A stretch of DNA of 57,834 nt from Nanobdellota archaeon (GCA_038046385.1 JBBSWH010000010.1:1-57834); one strand, 5' to 3'. Shown: positions 9,000 through 18,718, counted from the first letter of the stretch. Numbers and translations: made by a program. Notes: a model not told the origin generated them from the letters alone.

Positions 9000-9412
9000 A
9001 GCCTTTTTCTGATAATATCCTTATAATAATCCAAATCTTTTTTTATTCTGTCTATTGTGTCTTGCTGTGCTTTTTTATCGCTGATTGTTATAAGCAATAC
9101 TGTATCTATATCATCATAAACCAAAAAATAAACACGCCTGCCATCTATTCTTTTTTCAAGAAAAAATGGATAGCCAAGCGGCTGCCCTATTTTTGACCCT
9201 TTCTTAAGCTCTTTAATAAATTCTTCAATCTCTTTTTGAAGGTTTTTTGGCAGAAGCCTTTCCCATGTGTCAAACTCTTTGGTTGATATGTCGGAAATCG
9301 CAAAGGCACACACTTTGCTGTTTTAACTCAAAGCAAGCAAGCGATTTCCGATCATGCTCAAAACACGCCACGCACTTTAGTGCGTGGTCGTTTTTGACAG
9401 GACGCGAGCCAT
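8996..9412 (-). pseudogene. RelE/ParE-like toxin interrupted by a 111-bp element (9289-9399)
   Basis: Removing 9289-9399 gives a 101-aa ORF: MARVLSTKEFD...GQPLGYPFFLEKRIDGRRVYFLVY...ISDKKAQQ. Confidence 0.8.
9289..9399. mobile_element. Miniature non-autonomous palindromic element (family A)
   Basis: TGTC...GACA ends; hairpins TCGGAAATCGC/GCGATTTCCGA and CCACGCAC/GTGCGTGG followed by TTTTTGAC, resembling IS200/IS605 right ends. Confidence 0.75.
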
Positions 9413-9511
9413 AAAAAACCAATATTCTTAATCAATTTAAAGCTTTTGCAAAACAATGCACGTTTACCATATATAGAAAGCTTTATATAAGTTAATTTCA
9501 AGAAAATATCC

Positions 9512-10117
9512 ATGGCACACGGCGGAGTTGTTTCTATACCAGAATTCAAGCTCAAGTACAGCGATGTTTTTTCCTTGAGAAACCTTTACCTTACAATGCA
9601 TGAGATGCTGCTTGAAGAGGGGTGGCTTGGGCCGGAAGGGAATAAGGATCATGAGGATGCAGAAATATTGTATTCTGAGAATGTTTATCAGAGAGGAATT
9701 CATCGCGGCGGGAAAGAGATTTGGCTCTGGTGGCGCCTTCAGAAATTTCCAGAAGGGAAGTACAGCAGCTATTTTAAGAATTTTTTAGACATAGATGCCC
9801 ATATAGTATACCTGCAGAATGTTGAAGTTGTACATCAGGGCAAGAAGATGAACGTGCAAAAAGGAGAGATTGAGATGTTTTTCAGGCCAAGGATAGAGCT
9901 GGACTGGCAGCATAAATGGGACAAGCACTGGTTTATGAGGCATATGAAGCCGATTTACGAAAAAAGAATAGTCCACGGAGAAATTGACAAGATGGAAAAA
10001 GAGCTGTGGAGGGATTCTTACAGGGTGCACGCCAAGCTTAAGCAGTATCTTAATCTGAAGAATTTTGTACCAGTTCCAGAGCCGTTCTTCGCAAGGCAGT
10101 TTGGGTATGAAGAATAG
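9512..10117 (+). CDS. Hypothetical protein
   Basis: 201-aa ORF with TTTATATA about 25 nt upstream; globular composition. Confidence 0.8.
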   Translation: MAHGGVVSIPEFKLKYSDVFSLRNLYLTMHEMLLEEGWLGPEGNKDHEDAEILYSENVYQRGIHRGGKEIWLWWRLQKFPEGKYSSYFKNFLDIDAHIVYLQNVEVVHQGKKMNVQKGEIEMFFRPRIELDWQHKWDKHWFMRHMKPIYEKRIVHGEIDKMEKELWRDSYRVHAKLKQYLNLKNFVPVPEPFFARQFGYEE

Positions 10118-10142
10118 ATTTGAGTTTTTGATGTTCTAAACA

Positions 10143-10214
10143 TTTACTTCCGTTCGCTACGCTCACAACAATTACAGCTCGGGTTTCGCTCGATGCCAGT
10201 CGCTCAACCCTCGC
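10143..10214 (-). repeat. REP-like palindromic element (family B)
   Basis: Tandem-GA hairpin, GAGCTGTAA, then TTGT-GAGCGTAGCGA-ACGGAA; similar to 34903-34962, 43916-43956 and 45429-45476. Confidence 0.7.
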
Positions 10215-10249
10215 CCACCTATAATAGCTAATTTTCATTCCAAAACCTA

Positions 10250-10257
10250 TTTAAATA
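10250..10257 (+). promoter_or_regulatory. TATA box of tRNA-Thr
   Basis: TTTAAATA 24 nt upstream of the tRNA. Confidence 0.65.
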
Positions 10258-10280
10258 AACTTTTATTCTGAAGAATAAGT

Positions 10281-10392
10281 GCCTCCGTAGCATAGTAGCC
10301 ATTGCGGCAGTAAAATCTATGGATTTTGCCCGAAACTTGTAGCTATTATGCAAGCTATCTGCAGGTCGGGAGTGCAATTCTCCCCGGGGGCT
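10281..10392 (+). tRNA. tRNA-Thr(UGU) with two introns: about 24 nt at 30/31 (10311-10334) and 15 nt at 37/38 (10342-10356)
   Basis: Acceptor GCCTCCG/CGGGGGC + T; anticodon arm GCAGA-CTTGTAA-TCTGC after splicing; BHB CTTG/CAAG; intron 1 stem AAAATC/GATTTT; T arm GGGAG-TGCAATT-CTCCC. Confidence 0.88.
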
Positions 10393-10411
10393 TATTTTAT
10401 CAATAACCAAA

Positions 10412-10897
10412 ATGACAAAAGACACAGAAAAAGTCTCAGCTGAAAAACAGTACAGCGATTTGAAAAAGAAGTACAAGCTTCCCGAATTTAGTGAGCTGAA
10501 CAGGGAACTCGAAGCATCTTCAATAGAAGAAACCGATTTTCTTTTAAGGGCAATTGCAAGAAAAGCATCGGAAAAGCTTGAATTTTATGCTTCATTGCTT
10601 GAGGAAGCGCTGCAGCCAGATACATCCAACTTATATTCAATGCACGAGGCAAGATTTTTTACACAAGATGACAAAAACAAGATGAATCAACTCTATTCTA
10701 AGATGATGAAGCTTGCAAGGGAATCAATAGAAACGTCGCTTGACAATACAGAAGAGAATGAAGCAAAATTTATATTGCATTTTTTTTCAGAGTGGAATCA
10801 CATCAAACAGGAACTTCTTGTTTATGTGAGAAAAATGAAATCCTCGTGGAATGAAGATACAGACCAAGAAGAAGAAATAGCAGGGTATATGGGTTAA
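10412..10897 (+). CDS. Hypothetical helical protein
   Basis: 161-aa ORF ending ...GYMG; abuts adk. Confidence 0.8.
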   Translation: MTKDTEKVSAEKQYSDLKKKYKLPEFSELNRELEASSIEETDFLLRAIARKASEKLEFYASLLEEALQPDTSNLYSMHEARFFTQDDKNKMNQLYSKMMKLARESIETSLDNTEENEAKFILHFFSEWNHIKQELLVYVRKMKSSWNEDTDQEEEIAGYMG

Positions 10898-10898
10898 A

Positions 10899-11618
10899 AT
10901 GCAGCTTATAATATTTGGTCCGCCGGGCGTTGGAAAGGGAACTTTATCAGACATGCTTGCTGAAAAATACAAGATTCCCCACATTTCTACAGGAGACATA
11001 TTCAGGAACGAGATAAAGAGCGGCAACAGCGAGCTTATACAGTATGTTGAGAAAGGGCATTTGGTGCCGGACAGCGTTGTCAACAAGGTAGTTGAAAAAA
11101 CACTTAAGCAGGACATTTACAAGAACGGATTTATACTTGACGGCTATCCAAGGACAATAGACCAGGCGGAATTTGTGTCTAACACAGTCTGGAAATAAAA
11201 GAAAAAAATAGACCTTGTAATCAATTTAGTTGCTTCTGAAGAAACTATTGTCAGCAGACTGTCGCAGAGAAGGAACTGCGGAAAATGCGGGGCACTGTAC
11301 AATTTAGTTACAATGAAGCCGAAGAAAAAAGACATATGCAATAAGTGCAATTCCCCCATTGTGCAGAGGAAAGACGACGAGCCAGACACTGTAAGAAACA
11401 GGATTCATGTTTACCAGAATGAAACATCGCCTTTAGTTGATTATTACAGAAAAAAGAAAGTCATTGCTGATGTTGACGCAACCAAGAAGCCAAAAGAAGT
11501 ATATGCTGATGTTATTAATGTGCTTGAAACATTCGAGATAGTCAAGAAAGAGGCTGCAGAAGAACAAATTGAAGGCAAGCAGGCTAAGGGCTCAGCAAAA
11601 AATCCAAAGCAACAGTAG
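10899..11618 (+). pseudogene. adk: Adenylate kinase (bacterial-type, Zn-LID) with in-frame TAA at 11196-11198
   Basis: GPPGVGKGT, HISTGDIFR, FILDGYPRT, then *KKKIDLVINL...RRNCGKC...CNKC..QRKDD in the same frame. Confidence 0.85.
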
Positions 11619-12576
11619 CATAGCAGCTTTTCTTTAGGGAAAATTCTACTTTTATCTTTTTCATTTCTCTGTTTAATTCGTCGTCGTTATCTTCAAGAAT
11701 TTTTAAATCATTTATTTCAAAAAATAAATCCCTTTCCGTCCCTTCTGAAGTCAGCTCAGGCATCTGATTGATTATGAAATCCCTTGCTGTTATTTTTTCA
11801 TCTTCAACAATTTTTTCAATTATTTTTTTTAGATTTTTGTCTTCTACATTATTTATTTCAAAATCAAACCCAATCACAGGGAGCTTTGCATCTTTTTTTG
11901 GATTTGCTTTAATGTACTCATCAGCTATTTTGTTGAACAAAAAAGACTGGTAGGCGTGCACAAAAAGCTTTCTTGTTTTTAAAGGAATCAATTTTAATGC
12001 ACCGACGTAATTATTTTTGTTCGATTCAAGAAATATTTTCATTTCCGCTTCGACATAGCCTTCGTTTTCCATTATCAATTCAGCAGCTTTTTTGAAGTCT
12101 TTTTTTATAATGGATTTTCCTACGTCAGAATTGTTTTTGCTGAACCGCTGCGGGCCGAAAATATTCGGAATGGTTATTTTTTTATCATTTAGATTTTTTA
12201 TTTTTGATATTTTGTTTTCGTCAAGATTCCTTATTGTTATTATGAATGCGTTGCCTTCCAGCTCTCCGAGAGAAATCGGATTTTTACCATTTCCAAGATA
12301 TTTTAATTCAATTCCGCTGAATTTTTCATTTTCAAGATTTTTTCCGCCTTTGTAGATTGATATTTTCTGCTCTGTAACTGCGTTCTTGTCCTTGTTGCCT
12401 GCAAATCCGAAATTTTTCAGCGGCATTCCCAGCTTTCTAGATAAAAGTTCAAGAGCGCCCACTGTCGTGTAGTTTGTCTTCTTCAAATTATAATATGAAT
12501 AGAAGCCGTTTTCTGCCTTTACGCTGCTTATTTCATTGACGATGAAATCTTCAGGAAGCTGTTTTATCTTATACAT
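11584..12576 (-). CDS. truD: tRNA pseudouridine(13) synthase TruD (compact form)
   Basis: IKQLPEDFIVNE, FAGNKDKNAVTEQ, GNAFIITIR, NIFGPQRF, HAYQSFLFN, YATV motifs. Confidence 0.93.
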   Translation of the reverse strand: MYKIKQLPEDFIVNEISSVKAENGFYSYYNLKKTNYTTVGALELLSRKLGMPLKNFGFAGNKDKNAVTEQKISIYKGGKNLENEKFSGIELKYLGNGKNPISLGELEGNAFIITIRNLDENKISKIKNLNDKKITIPNIFGPQRFSKNNSDVGKSIIKKDFKKAAELIMENEGYVEAEMKIFLESNKNNYVGALKLIPLKTRKLFVHAYQSFLFNKIADEYIKANPKKDAKLPVIGFDFEINNVEDKNLKKIIEKIVEDEKITARDFIINQMPELTSEGTERDLFFEINDLKILEDNDDELNREMKKIKVEFSLKKSCYATVALDFLLSP

Positions 12577-12638
12577 TTTACTAAAGAAAGAAATAATCCT
12601 TTTTAATGATTGTTAAAAATAAATTAAAAAACAAAAAT

Positions 12639-13631
12639 TTATTTCATCATAAGATTAATGACGTCAATCATTCTCTCGCTGAAGCCCCACTCATTGTCGT
12701 ACCATGCGGTTACTTTAACAAGGTTGCCGTCAATTACGTATGTCAGTTCCGAGTCAAATATTGACGAGTAAGGGTTTGTCACAATGTCTGCAGAAACAAG
12801 CGGCTCTGTTGAGTATTTTAAGATTCCCTTCATTTTTTCTGCTGCAGCCTTGAATGCACTCAATATTTCTTCCTTTGTTGCGCTCTTTTCAAGCTCGCAC
12901 ACAAAATCAGTAACTGAGCCTGTTACAGTAGGTACACGGTAAGAAAGGCCGTCTAATCTTCCTTTCATTTCAGGAATTACCTCTGCGACTGTCTTTGCAG
13001 CACCCGTTGTTGTCGGTATTATGGAAACCGCAGCGCTTCTTGCCCTTCTTAAGTCCTTATGCGGCGAATCTACAAGCTTCTGGTCTGCGGTGTAAGCATG
13101 GATTGTTGTCATAAACCCCCTTTTCACTTTAAAATTATCGTTAAGGACCTTTACAATAGGGGCCAGGCAGTTTGTAGTGCACGAGGCATTTGATACGACA
13201 TGGTGTTTTGTCTTGTCATACTTCTCGTGGTTTACTCCCATGACAAGCGTTATGTCCATTCCCTTTCCAGGAGCGCTCAATAAAACTTTTTTTGCTCCTG
13301 CTTTCAAATGGGCTTCGCATTCTGCGCGATCTTTGAATCTTCCAGTGCTCTCAACAACAATATCAATATTCAAATCTTTCCATGGGTATTTTGCTGCATC
13401 AAGAACCGAAAGAACTTTTACCCTTTTTCCGTCGATGATTAAAGAATCTTCTGTGCTCTCTACAGTTCCGCTGTAAACACCGTGCGCAGAATCATATTTG
13501 AATAAATGAGCAAGTGTTTTTGCGTCTGCTATATCATTGACAGCAACCCAGTTTATGTTGCTGTTTTTGATTCCGGCCCTCATAACCAATCTTCCTATTC
13601 TTCCAAACCCGTTAATTGCTACGTTTATCAT
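12639..13631 (-). CDS. gap: Type I (bacterial-type) glyceraldehyde-3-phosphate dehydrogenase
   Basis: [28 protein letters not shown]. Confidence 0.97.
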   Translation of the reverse strand: MINVAINGFGRIGRLVMRAGIKNSNINWVAVNDIADAKTLAHLFKYDSAHGVYSGTVESTEDSLIIDGKRVKVLSVLDAAKYPWKDLNIDIVVESTGRFKDRAECEAHLKAGAKKVLLSAPGKGMDITLVMGVNHEKYDKTKHHVVSNASCTTNCLAPIVKVLNDNFKVKRGFMTTIHAYTADQKLVDSPHKDLRRARSAAVSIIPTTTGAAKTVAEVIPEMKGRLDGLSYRVPTVTGSVTDFVCELEKSATKEEILSAFKAAAEKMKGILKYSTEPLVSADIVTNPYSSIFDSELTYVIDGNLVKVTAWYDNEWGFSERMIDVINLMMK

Positions 13632-13721
13632 TTCAACCACCTTTTAATTTTTAACCAAATCGTATGGTCAGAAGGCTTTTTAGGTTATATAAATAGATTG
13701 CGGGAGCTAGTTTTCAACAAG

Positions 13722-14837
13722 TCAATAAAGCAAATAATAGATTATACTGGCCGAGGATAAGAAGATAACTGCTGATAATGCCAATCCTTTGAGATACTTG
13801 TTGTTTATTTGGCTTATCCCTCTTGAAATCAGCATATAGAAGGCCAAAGATGATGATATGGTGTACTTGGGATAATATATAGGGAATGCCAACATTGATA
13901 TGACAAAAGGCACCAGTATTGGAACTAGGAGCCATAAAAATAAAAAGAGGATAGTGCCTGATCTTTGTATTCTGACATTTCTTTCATATTTTTTCCATGT
14001 TATTAGAACACTCAAAGAAAGAAGAGAGAATAAGGCAAGTGTAATAGGATCGTAATAAGCATAGACAAAAAATATGTATAACAAGCCTGATAAGTGGGTG
14101 GAAGGAAGCCAGTTTAGGTTAACAAATGACCCATTATTTATTCCTATTATCTGATGAATAAAAATCCAAATCCACGGAATGAATGCCAATAACAATAAAC
14201 TTTGGACAGCAATCCATTTTTTAAGTGAGATATACGGATTTTGCTTTGGGAATTTCAGCGAGATTATGGCCAAATATAGGTTTTGGGACAGTATTATGAA
14301 AAATCCATAAATATGGCTATACAACAGCAAAATGCTTGATAGTTGGTAATACACAATGATTTTTATGCTCTTTTCCCGCATCATTTTTATGAAGAAGAAC
14401 ATTGAAGCCAGTGTCAACATGGCCATCAAAGAATACATTCTTGATTCCTGCGAATAGGTGATGTGGAAAGTAGATATAGCAATTATGAGCGAGGCAATAA
14501 TTCCGGTCTCTTTGTTAAACAGCAGCCTTCCTAAACGATACATCAAAAAAATAGATATAATCCCAAAAAGCGAAGATAATAATCTTGTGACTATTTCAGA
14601 ATCACCAAAAGTTTTCATCCAAAAATGCAGCAGGATATAATAAAGCTGCGGATGGGGCTCATTTTCTGAATTGCTAATTATCTCTTTGAGCGCAAGGGAA
14701 GCATGATGGACAGAGAATACTTCATCTGTATTATAGCCCCCATTCCCTAAGTCATAAACTCTCAGAACAGTGCCTATTGATAATATGACAAGTAAGAGAA
14801 CAAATGCTATCCGCTGATGATTTGCCTTAAATTTCAT
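13722..14837 (-). CDS. GT-C/PMT-like (GT39) membrane glycosyltransferase, possibly C-terminally truncated
   Basis: LRVYDLG..YNTDE, HPQLYYILLHFW, SQESRMYSL; multiple TM segments; ends right after the last TM helix. Confidence 0.85.
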   Translation of the reverse strand: MKFKANHQRIAFVLLLVILSIGTVLRVYDLGNGGYNTDEVFSVHHASLALKEIISNSENEPHPQLYYILLHFWMKTFGDSEIVTRLLSSLFGIISIFLMYRLGRLLFNKETGIIASLIIAISTFHITYSQESRMYSLMAMLTLASMFFFIKMMREKSIKIIVYYQLSSILLLYSHIYGFFIILSQNLYLAIISLKFPKQNPYISLKKWIAVQSLLLLAFIPWIWIFIHQIIGINNGSFVNLNWLPSTHLSGLLYIFFVYAYYDPITLALFSLLSLSVLITWKKYERNVRIQRSGTILFLFLWLLVPILVPFVISMLAFPIYYPKYTISSSLAFYMLISRGISQINNKYLKGLALSAVIFLSSASIIYYLLY

Positions 14838-15179
14838 GATCTTAATAAATTATTGGAGTTTCTCTTTAAGAAGAATTGTCAGATGGAAGGAAATTTCTTT
14901 TTGAATGGTTTTTTTGGATACTAAATAATATTTTGGTGCATTTTCCATGCTAATCATTATGAATTCCGTTTTTATTTTGATATATATAAAAAATAGTTTA
15001 TAAGTATATAGGTTTATCTATGCTGATTTAATAAATGATGTTCTAGAGGTAAATATAGCGCTTAGTATACACGATATATACCCATTTTGTTATACCTATT
15101 GGAGGTACTTTTCATAAGAAAAAACAAATTGAGGGGCATTTCAAGAGAAAAAGGATTATTATTTCAATATTAAGCTAAA

Positions 15180-15371
15180 ATGCACACCACAAGACAATAT
15201 TCAGGCAAAAATTTTAATTTTTCCATAATCCTGCTAAGCGCACTTATGGCATTTTTGATTTTTATTATTTCAACGCTGGTCAAGCTGTCTGTTCTTGCAG
15301 ATGTCCTGATTGGTATGGCTTTCTTTGTAATCTTATTTTATCTTTTAAAAATAAGAATATTGATGCTATAG
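15180..15371 (+). CDS. Small two-TM membrane protein
   Basis: 63 aa with two hydrophobic helices. Confidence 0.45.
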   Translation: MHTTRQYSGKNFNFSIILLSALMAFLIFIISTLVKLSVLADVLIGMAFFVILFYLLKIRILML

Positions 15372-15685
15372 CATTTTTTATGGTATCAGCAGCGGTTCTT
15401 TTGCACCTATTTGGGGTATTTGGGCTGCACTCACATTTTATATTTGGGATTGTCGGATATGGTAAGTTCTGCCTATAATCAGTTTAGAATAGGGGCCGTT
15501 GCACTAAGGGGTATAAGGCCTGTAAGGGTTAAGTAAAAAACATAAAAACACCCTGTTTATACTCGTATAAATAGGGAATATTTATATTAAACAAGCCATT
15601 TTTACCTATATAATGGGAAAAGCAGACCCTGATTCGCCGAAGCTGACAGAACACGACAAAGAAGTTCTAAGGGAGATTATAGAGC

Positions 15686-16060
15686 ATGCCTTCAGGACAA
15701 TTAAAAATTATTGGGAATCTTACTGTAAACAAAGATTCAACATCAACTGTAAAATTTGATTTCATTGCAGATGAATCACTGCACATAACAGGAAATGGAT
15801 TGTATATCTTTGCCCCAGTCATCAAGCTGGAAACCAGAGAGAAAGCATATGTTAAGATAGAAAGAAGAGAGAATGATGATAAAGATGATGAGGACTTCAA
15901 AGCGAATGTCGAGATTAGTGACGGGGAAATGGATGAAGACAAAAAAATAAGCATGGACATCGACGGCAACTTTGGTGAAGGGCTTAAAATCAGAAAAGAC
16001 TCAAAGCTGTCCATCAAAGGAAATGAAATTACTGAAGAATCTGATTTAGAGGGGGATTAA
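15686..16060 (+). pseudogene. C-terminal fragment of a DUF4382-like protein
   Basis: PSGQLKIIGNLTV...FDFIADESLHITGNGLYIFAPVIKLE recalls the second half of DUF4382 domains. No N-terminal half; an unrelated short ORF (15613-15759) runs across the junction. Confidence 0.55.
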
Positions 16061-16061
16061 A

Positions 16062-16223
16062 ATGAAACACGAAAGAATAGTTATTGAAAATGGTGCAGCT
16101 ACCAATGATTTACCGCCAATACCGCCTGCGCCAGTACCGACACCTGTACCAGTGCCAATACCCACACCGGCACCAGAACCGGCACCAACGCCTGAGCCAG
16201 TGCCGACAGCAGCATCAGCTTAA
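16062..16223 (+). CDS. Small Pro-rich (X-Pro repeat) protein, 53 aa (not in ORF track)
   Basis: GAGGGG RBS; LPPIPPAPVPTPVPVPIPTPAPEPAPTPEPVP. Confidence 0.55.
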   Translation: MKHERIVIENGAATNDLPPIPPAPVPTPVPVPIPTPAPEPAPTPEPVPTAASA

Positions 16224-16289
16224 ACTTAGAGATTTAAAATTCAGGATAAATCAACAATAAAAAATAAATAATAAACTTGGAGGATTAAA

Positions 16290-16652
16290 ATGAAAGCAAG
16301 CCTAGTAATATTCGGAGTAATCTTTTTAGTTATAGGTGGATTAATGTATCTTGTGCCAACGCAGGGAGTTAAAGCAGATACAACTACCGTAGGAAACGGG
16401 GCTACAGATTCGCGTACATCTTCTGCCAGTGTAACTGTCCCGGTAGGATGGGCGTACACATCCGGAATCATTGGTTTTGTTTTATTTATAATGGGATTGG
16501 CAGCTTCTGGTTCAGTAAAAACTGTTCAAGGGCCTAGAGGTCCAAGAGGGAGAGTTGTTCCTGTTTATGTTAGGCGTGCTCCAAGAAGATCCAACAAATC
16601 AACGCTGCCTAGAGGCACTTCAGTAACAACAACAACCAGGATAAGAAGATAA
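16290..16652 (+). CDS. Two-TM membrane protein with Arg-rich tail
   Basis: GGAGG RBS; two hydrophobic helices; basic tail. Confidence 0.75.
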   Translation: MKASLVIFGVIFLVIGGLMYLVPTQGVKADTTTVGNGATDSRTSSASVTVPVGWAYTSGIIGFVLFIMGLAASGSVKTVQGPRGPRGRVVPVYVRRAPRRSNKSTLPRGTSVTTTTRIRR

Positions 16653-16696
16653 ATGCAGGAATTTTTTTTATTAAACCAATAAAAAGGTGAACGAAA

Positions 16697-16801
16697 ATGG
16701 AAGAGTACATTATCGTAAGCGCAAAGACGTGGAAAGAAATTGACCGGCTTGCAGTAATTAATCTAAATAATCAATTACAGGAAGAGAATATTGACAATTA
16801 A
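16697..16801 (+). CDS. Small hypothetical peptide, 34 aa (not in ORF track)
   Basis: AGGTGA RBS; MEEYIIVSAKTWKEIDRL... Confidence 0.4.
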   Translation: MEEYIIVSAKTWKEIDRLAVINLNNQLQEENIDN

Positions 16802-16828
16802 ACAATCAAGGCACGGAGGTGTTCATTT

Positions 16829-17155
16829 ATGGCAGTTTCAGGAGCATTATTTGGATTTTTGGTAAGCTTAGGCATATCATCACTTATTATCTATCTTGCT
16901 ACAAAATTACTTGGGGAAGAAGAGGGATTTGGCACAGCCATACTGGCCGCGCTTTCAGGCGCAATAATATTTGCGCTTACATTTTATTTTATAGGAACAG
17001 GCTGGGTTGCTTCATTGGTTGGGGGAATAGGGTGGCTTATTGCCATGGGCAGCCTGTATAATATCGGCTGGCTGAAGGCTTTTTTTATAGCTGTGGTCAT
17101 ATGGGTTTTAACAGCAGTTGTCAGCATTTTGTTGCCGGCAGCAAGGCCGCTTTAA
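16829..17155 (+). CDS. Four-TM small membrane protein
   Basis: GGAGGTG RBS; hydrophobic throughout. Confidence 0.8.
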   Translation: MAVSGALFGFLVSLGISSLIIYLATKLLGEEEGFGTAILAALSGAIIFALTFYFIGTGWVASLVGGIGWLIAMGSLYNIGWLKAFFIAVVIWVLTAVVSILLPAARPL

Positions 17156-17217
17156 GAAAAAACTGGGCTTGTTAAAGGACAGCAGGAATAATCCATGCAC
17201 TTTTTAAGTTTTTAAAA

Positions 17218-17859
17218 ATGAATGAAACAATATATTATGGCGACGGCAGCAGATACATTTATCCTGCAATGCTCTTAAGCGCCATTGTGCTCTTATTATA
17301 TTCCTTTTTATTCAGGCCGTCAATCTCCGCAGATTTTTTGATAAGCATTGGATTTTTTGCAATTTTATATTATATCTATGTTGGGCATAAAATTTCAGGC
17401 GGAGCATTTTTGCTAGGTATTGCAGCCATAACAGTAAACTTACTAGGCGCTGCCGGGCTTTATGCGCATTTTGCGTTTGGGGCAGTCGGTTACGACAAAC
17501 TGGTTCATCTTATAAGCAGCTTTGCTGCTGCATACGCGCTCTTAGAGATAAGCACAGAAAAACAGATGTTTCTTCGTTATACTTTTGTTATCCTAATGCT
17601 CATGGGTTTAGGTGCATTGGTAGAAATTAATGAATTCATCGGCACAGCTTATTTTGGAATGGAAAATGGAGGGATATTTGCAATCGGAGACGGCCTTTCT
17701 GTAATCAAGAGCGATTTACAGAGATATGACACATATTTTGACATGATTACCAATCTTTTAGGTGGTTTGATGGCTGTATCCTTTGTAATGGCCAGAAGCC
17801 GGTTTGAGAGGCATCAATCAATGATTTCTGCAGATAGCAGTAGAATGGAGGCGATGTAA
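17218..17859 (+). CDS. DUF2238-like integral membrane protein
   Basis: YDKLVH, EINEF and DTYFDMITNLLG motifs in TM context. Confidence 0.7.
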   Translation: MNETIYYGDGSRYIYPAMLLSAIVLLLYSFLFRPSISADFLISIGFFAILYYIYVGHKISGGAFLLGIAAITVNLLGAAGLYAHFAFGAVGYDKLVHLISSFAAAYALLEISTEKQMFLRYTFVILMLMGLGALVEINEFIGTAYFGMENGGIFAIGDGLSVIKSDLQRYDTYFDMITNLLGGLMAVSFVMARSRFERHQSMISADSSRMEAM

Positions 17860-17887
17860 CATCAAAAACGAAAAAAAACACGGAGTT

Positions 17888-18199
17888 ATGGATAAAATAA
17901 AAGGCGGATTAAAGCATGTGTCCCAAGCAGTGTCTTCAATTGTATTCCCTCAGATAGCAGCCGGAGCGGAAATTATCATGAAAAAAATTGATGATAAGAT
18001 AATACTGATAGAAAAAAGAATAATAAGAAAATTATCCTCTTTTTTAATAATCGGATTCGGAGGAATATTGTTGATTTTTGCGCTTTTATTTTATATAAGG
18101 GACTTTTTAGGCTGGAGCAGCGCCGGAGCATACTTTTCTGTAGGAGTAACTATTTTTGTTATAGGCCTTATTCTAAAAGCGACGGAAACTGACAGGTAA
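17888..18199 (+). CDS. Two-TM membrane protein (holin-like topology)
   Basis: Amphipathic N-terminus followed by two TM helices. Confidence 0.7.
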   Translation: MDKIKGGLKHVSQAVSSIVFPQIAAGAEIIMKKIDDKIILIEKRIIRKLSSFLIIGFGGILLIFALLFYIRDFLGWSSAGAYFSVGVTIFVIGLILKATETDR

Positions 18200-18289
18200 A
18201 CAAAAACAGCTTATCCAACCTATTTTGAAACATTCAAAGAAAGATTTTTTAACCGGTAAACTAAAAAATTGTTAAAATCAAAATTTAAT

Positions 18290-18718
18290 TTATTCTTTTA
18301 TCCCTTTTTTAATAAAATCATCAGCTTTCTTCAGAAGAACTTTTGCGTTGTTGAACGTTAGTTTCTTTTCTGCATGCTCTAAATTAAGCCACGCATACCC
18401 AATGTGCTCGCTTGAAATTTCAACATGATCTGTAGCAGACTGAACAAGGAAAAAAACAACTTCCTTGAAAACAGTTTCCTCGCCGCTCTTGAAATAGTAA
18501 TTTACAATTTCCCTGAAACCCTCGGCAAACTCAATATCTTCAATGCCGGTTTCTTCCTTAATCTCGCGTGTTGCAGTCATTTCTTCCTTTTCGTTCTTTT
18601 CCATGTGCCCTTTTGGGAAATCCCAGTGGCCTCCGATGTAATGAAGAATCAAATATTTAACAGAAGAGTCCTTTTGACGCTTGTAAACAACCGCTCCGCA
18701 GCTTTTTTCTTTTGACAT
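18290..18718 (-). CDS. NUDIX hydrolase, bis(5'-nucleosyl)-tetraphosphatase (Ap4A hydrolase) type
   Basis: EKSCGAVVY, HWDFPKGHMEKNE...ATREIKEETGI, SSEHIGYAW. Confidence 0.9.
   Translation of the reverse strand: MSKEKSCGAVVYKRQKDSSVKYLILHYIGGHWDFPKGHMEKNEKEEMTATREIKEETGIEDIEFAEGFREIVNYYFKSGEETVFKEVVFFLVQSATDHVEISSEHIGYAWLNLEHAEKKLTFNNAKVLLKKADDFIKKGIKE

Noticed and set aside
7461-11198. TAA reassignment
   Set aside because: Most genes in the window terminate normally at TAA.
11160-11215. BHB mRNA intron removing the adk stop (also tested at 7461)
   Set aside because: A local hairpin exists (TGTGT/ACACA, CCAGGC/GTCTGG), but no 3-4-3 bulge-helix-bulge gives an open spliced frame.
15180-18199. 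Provirus
   Set aside because: No integrase, capsid, terminase or replication gene; holin-like topology alone is insufficient.
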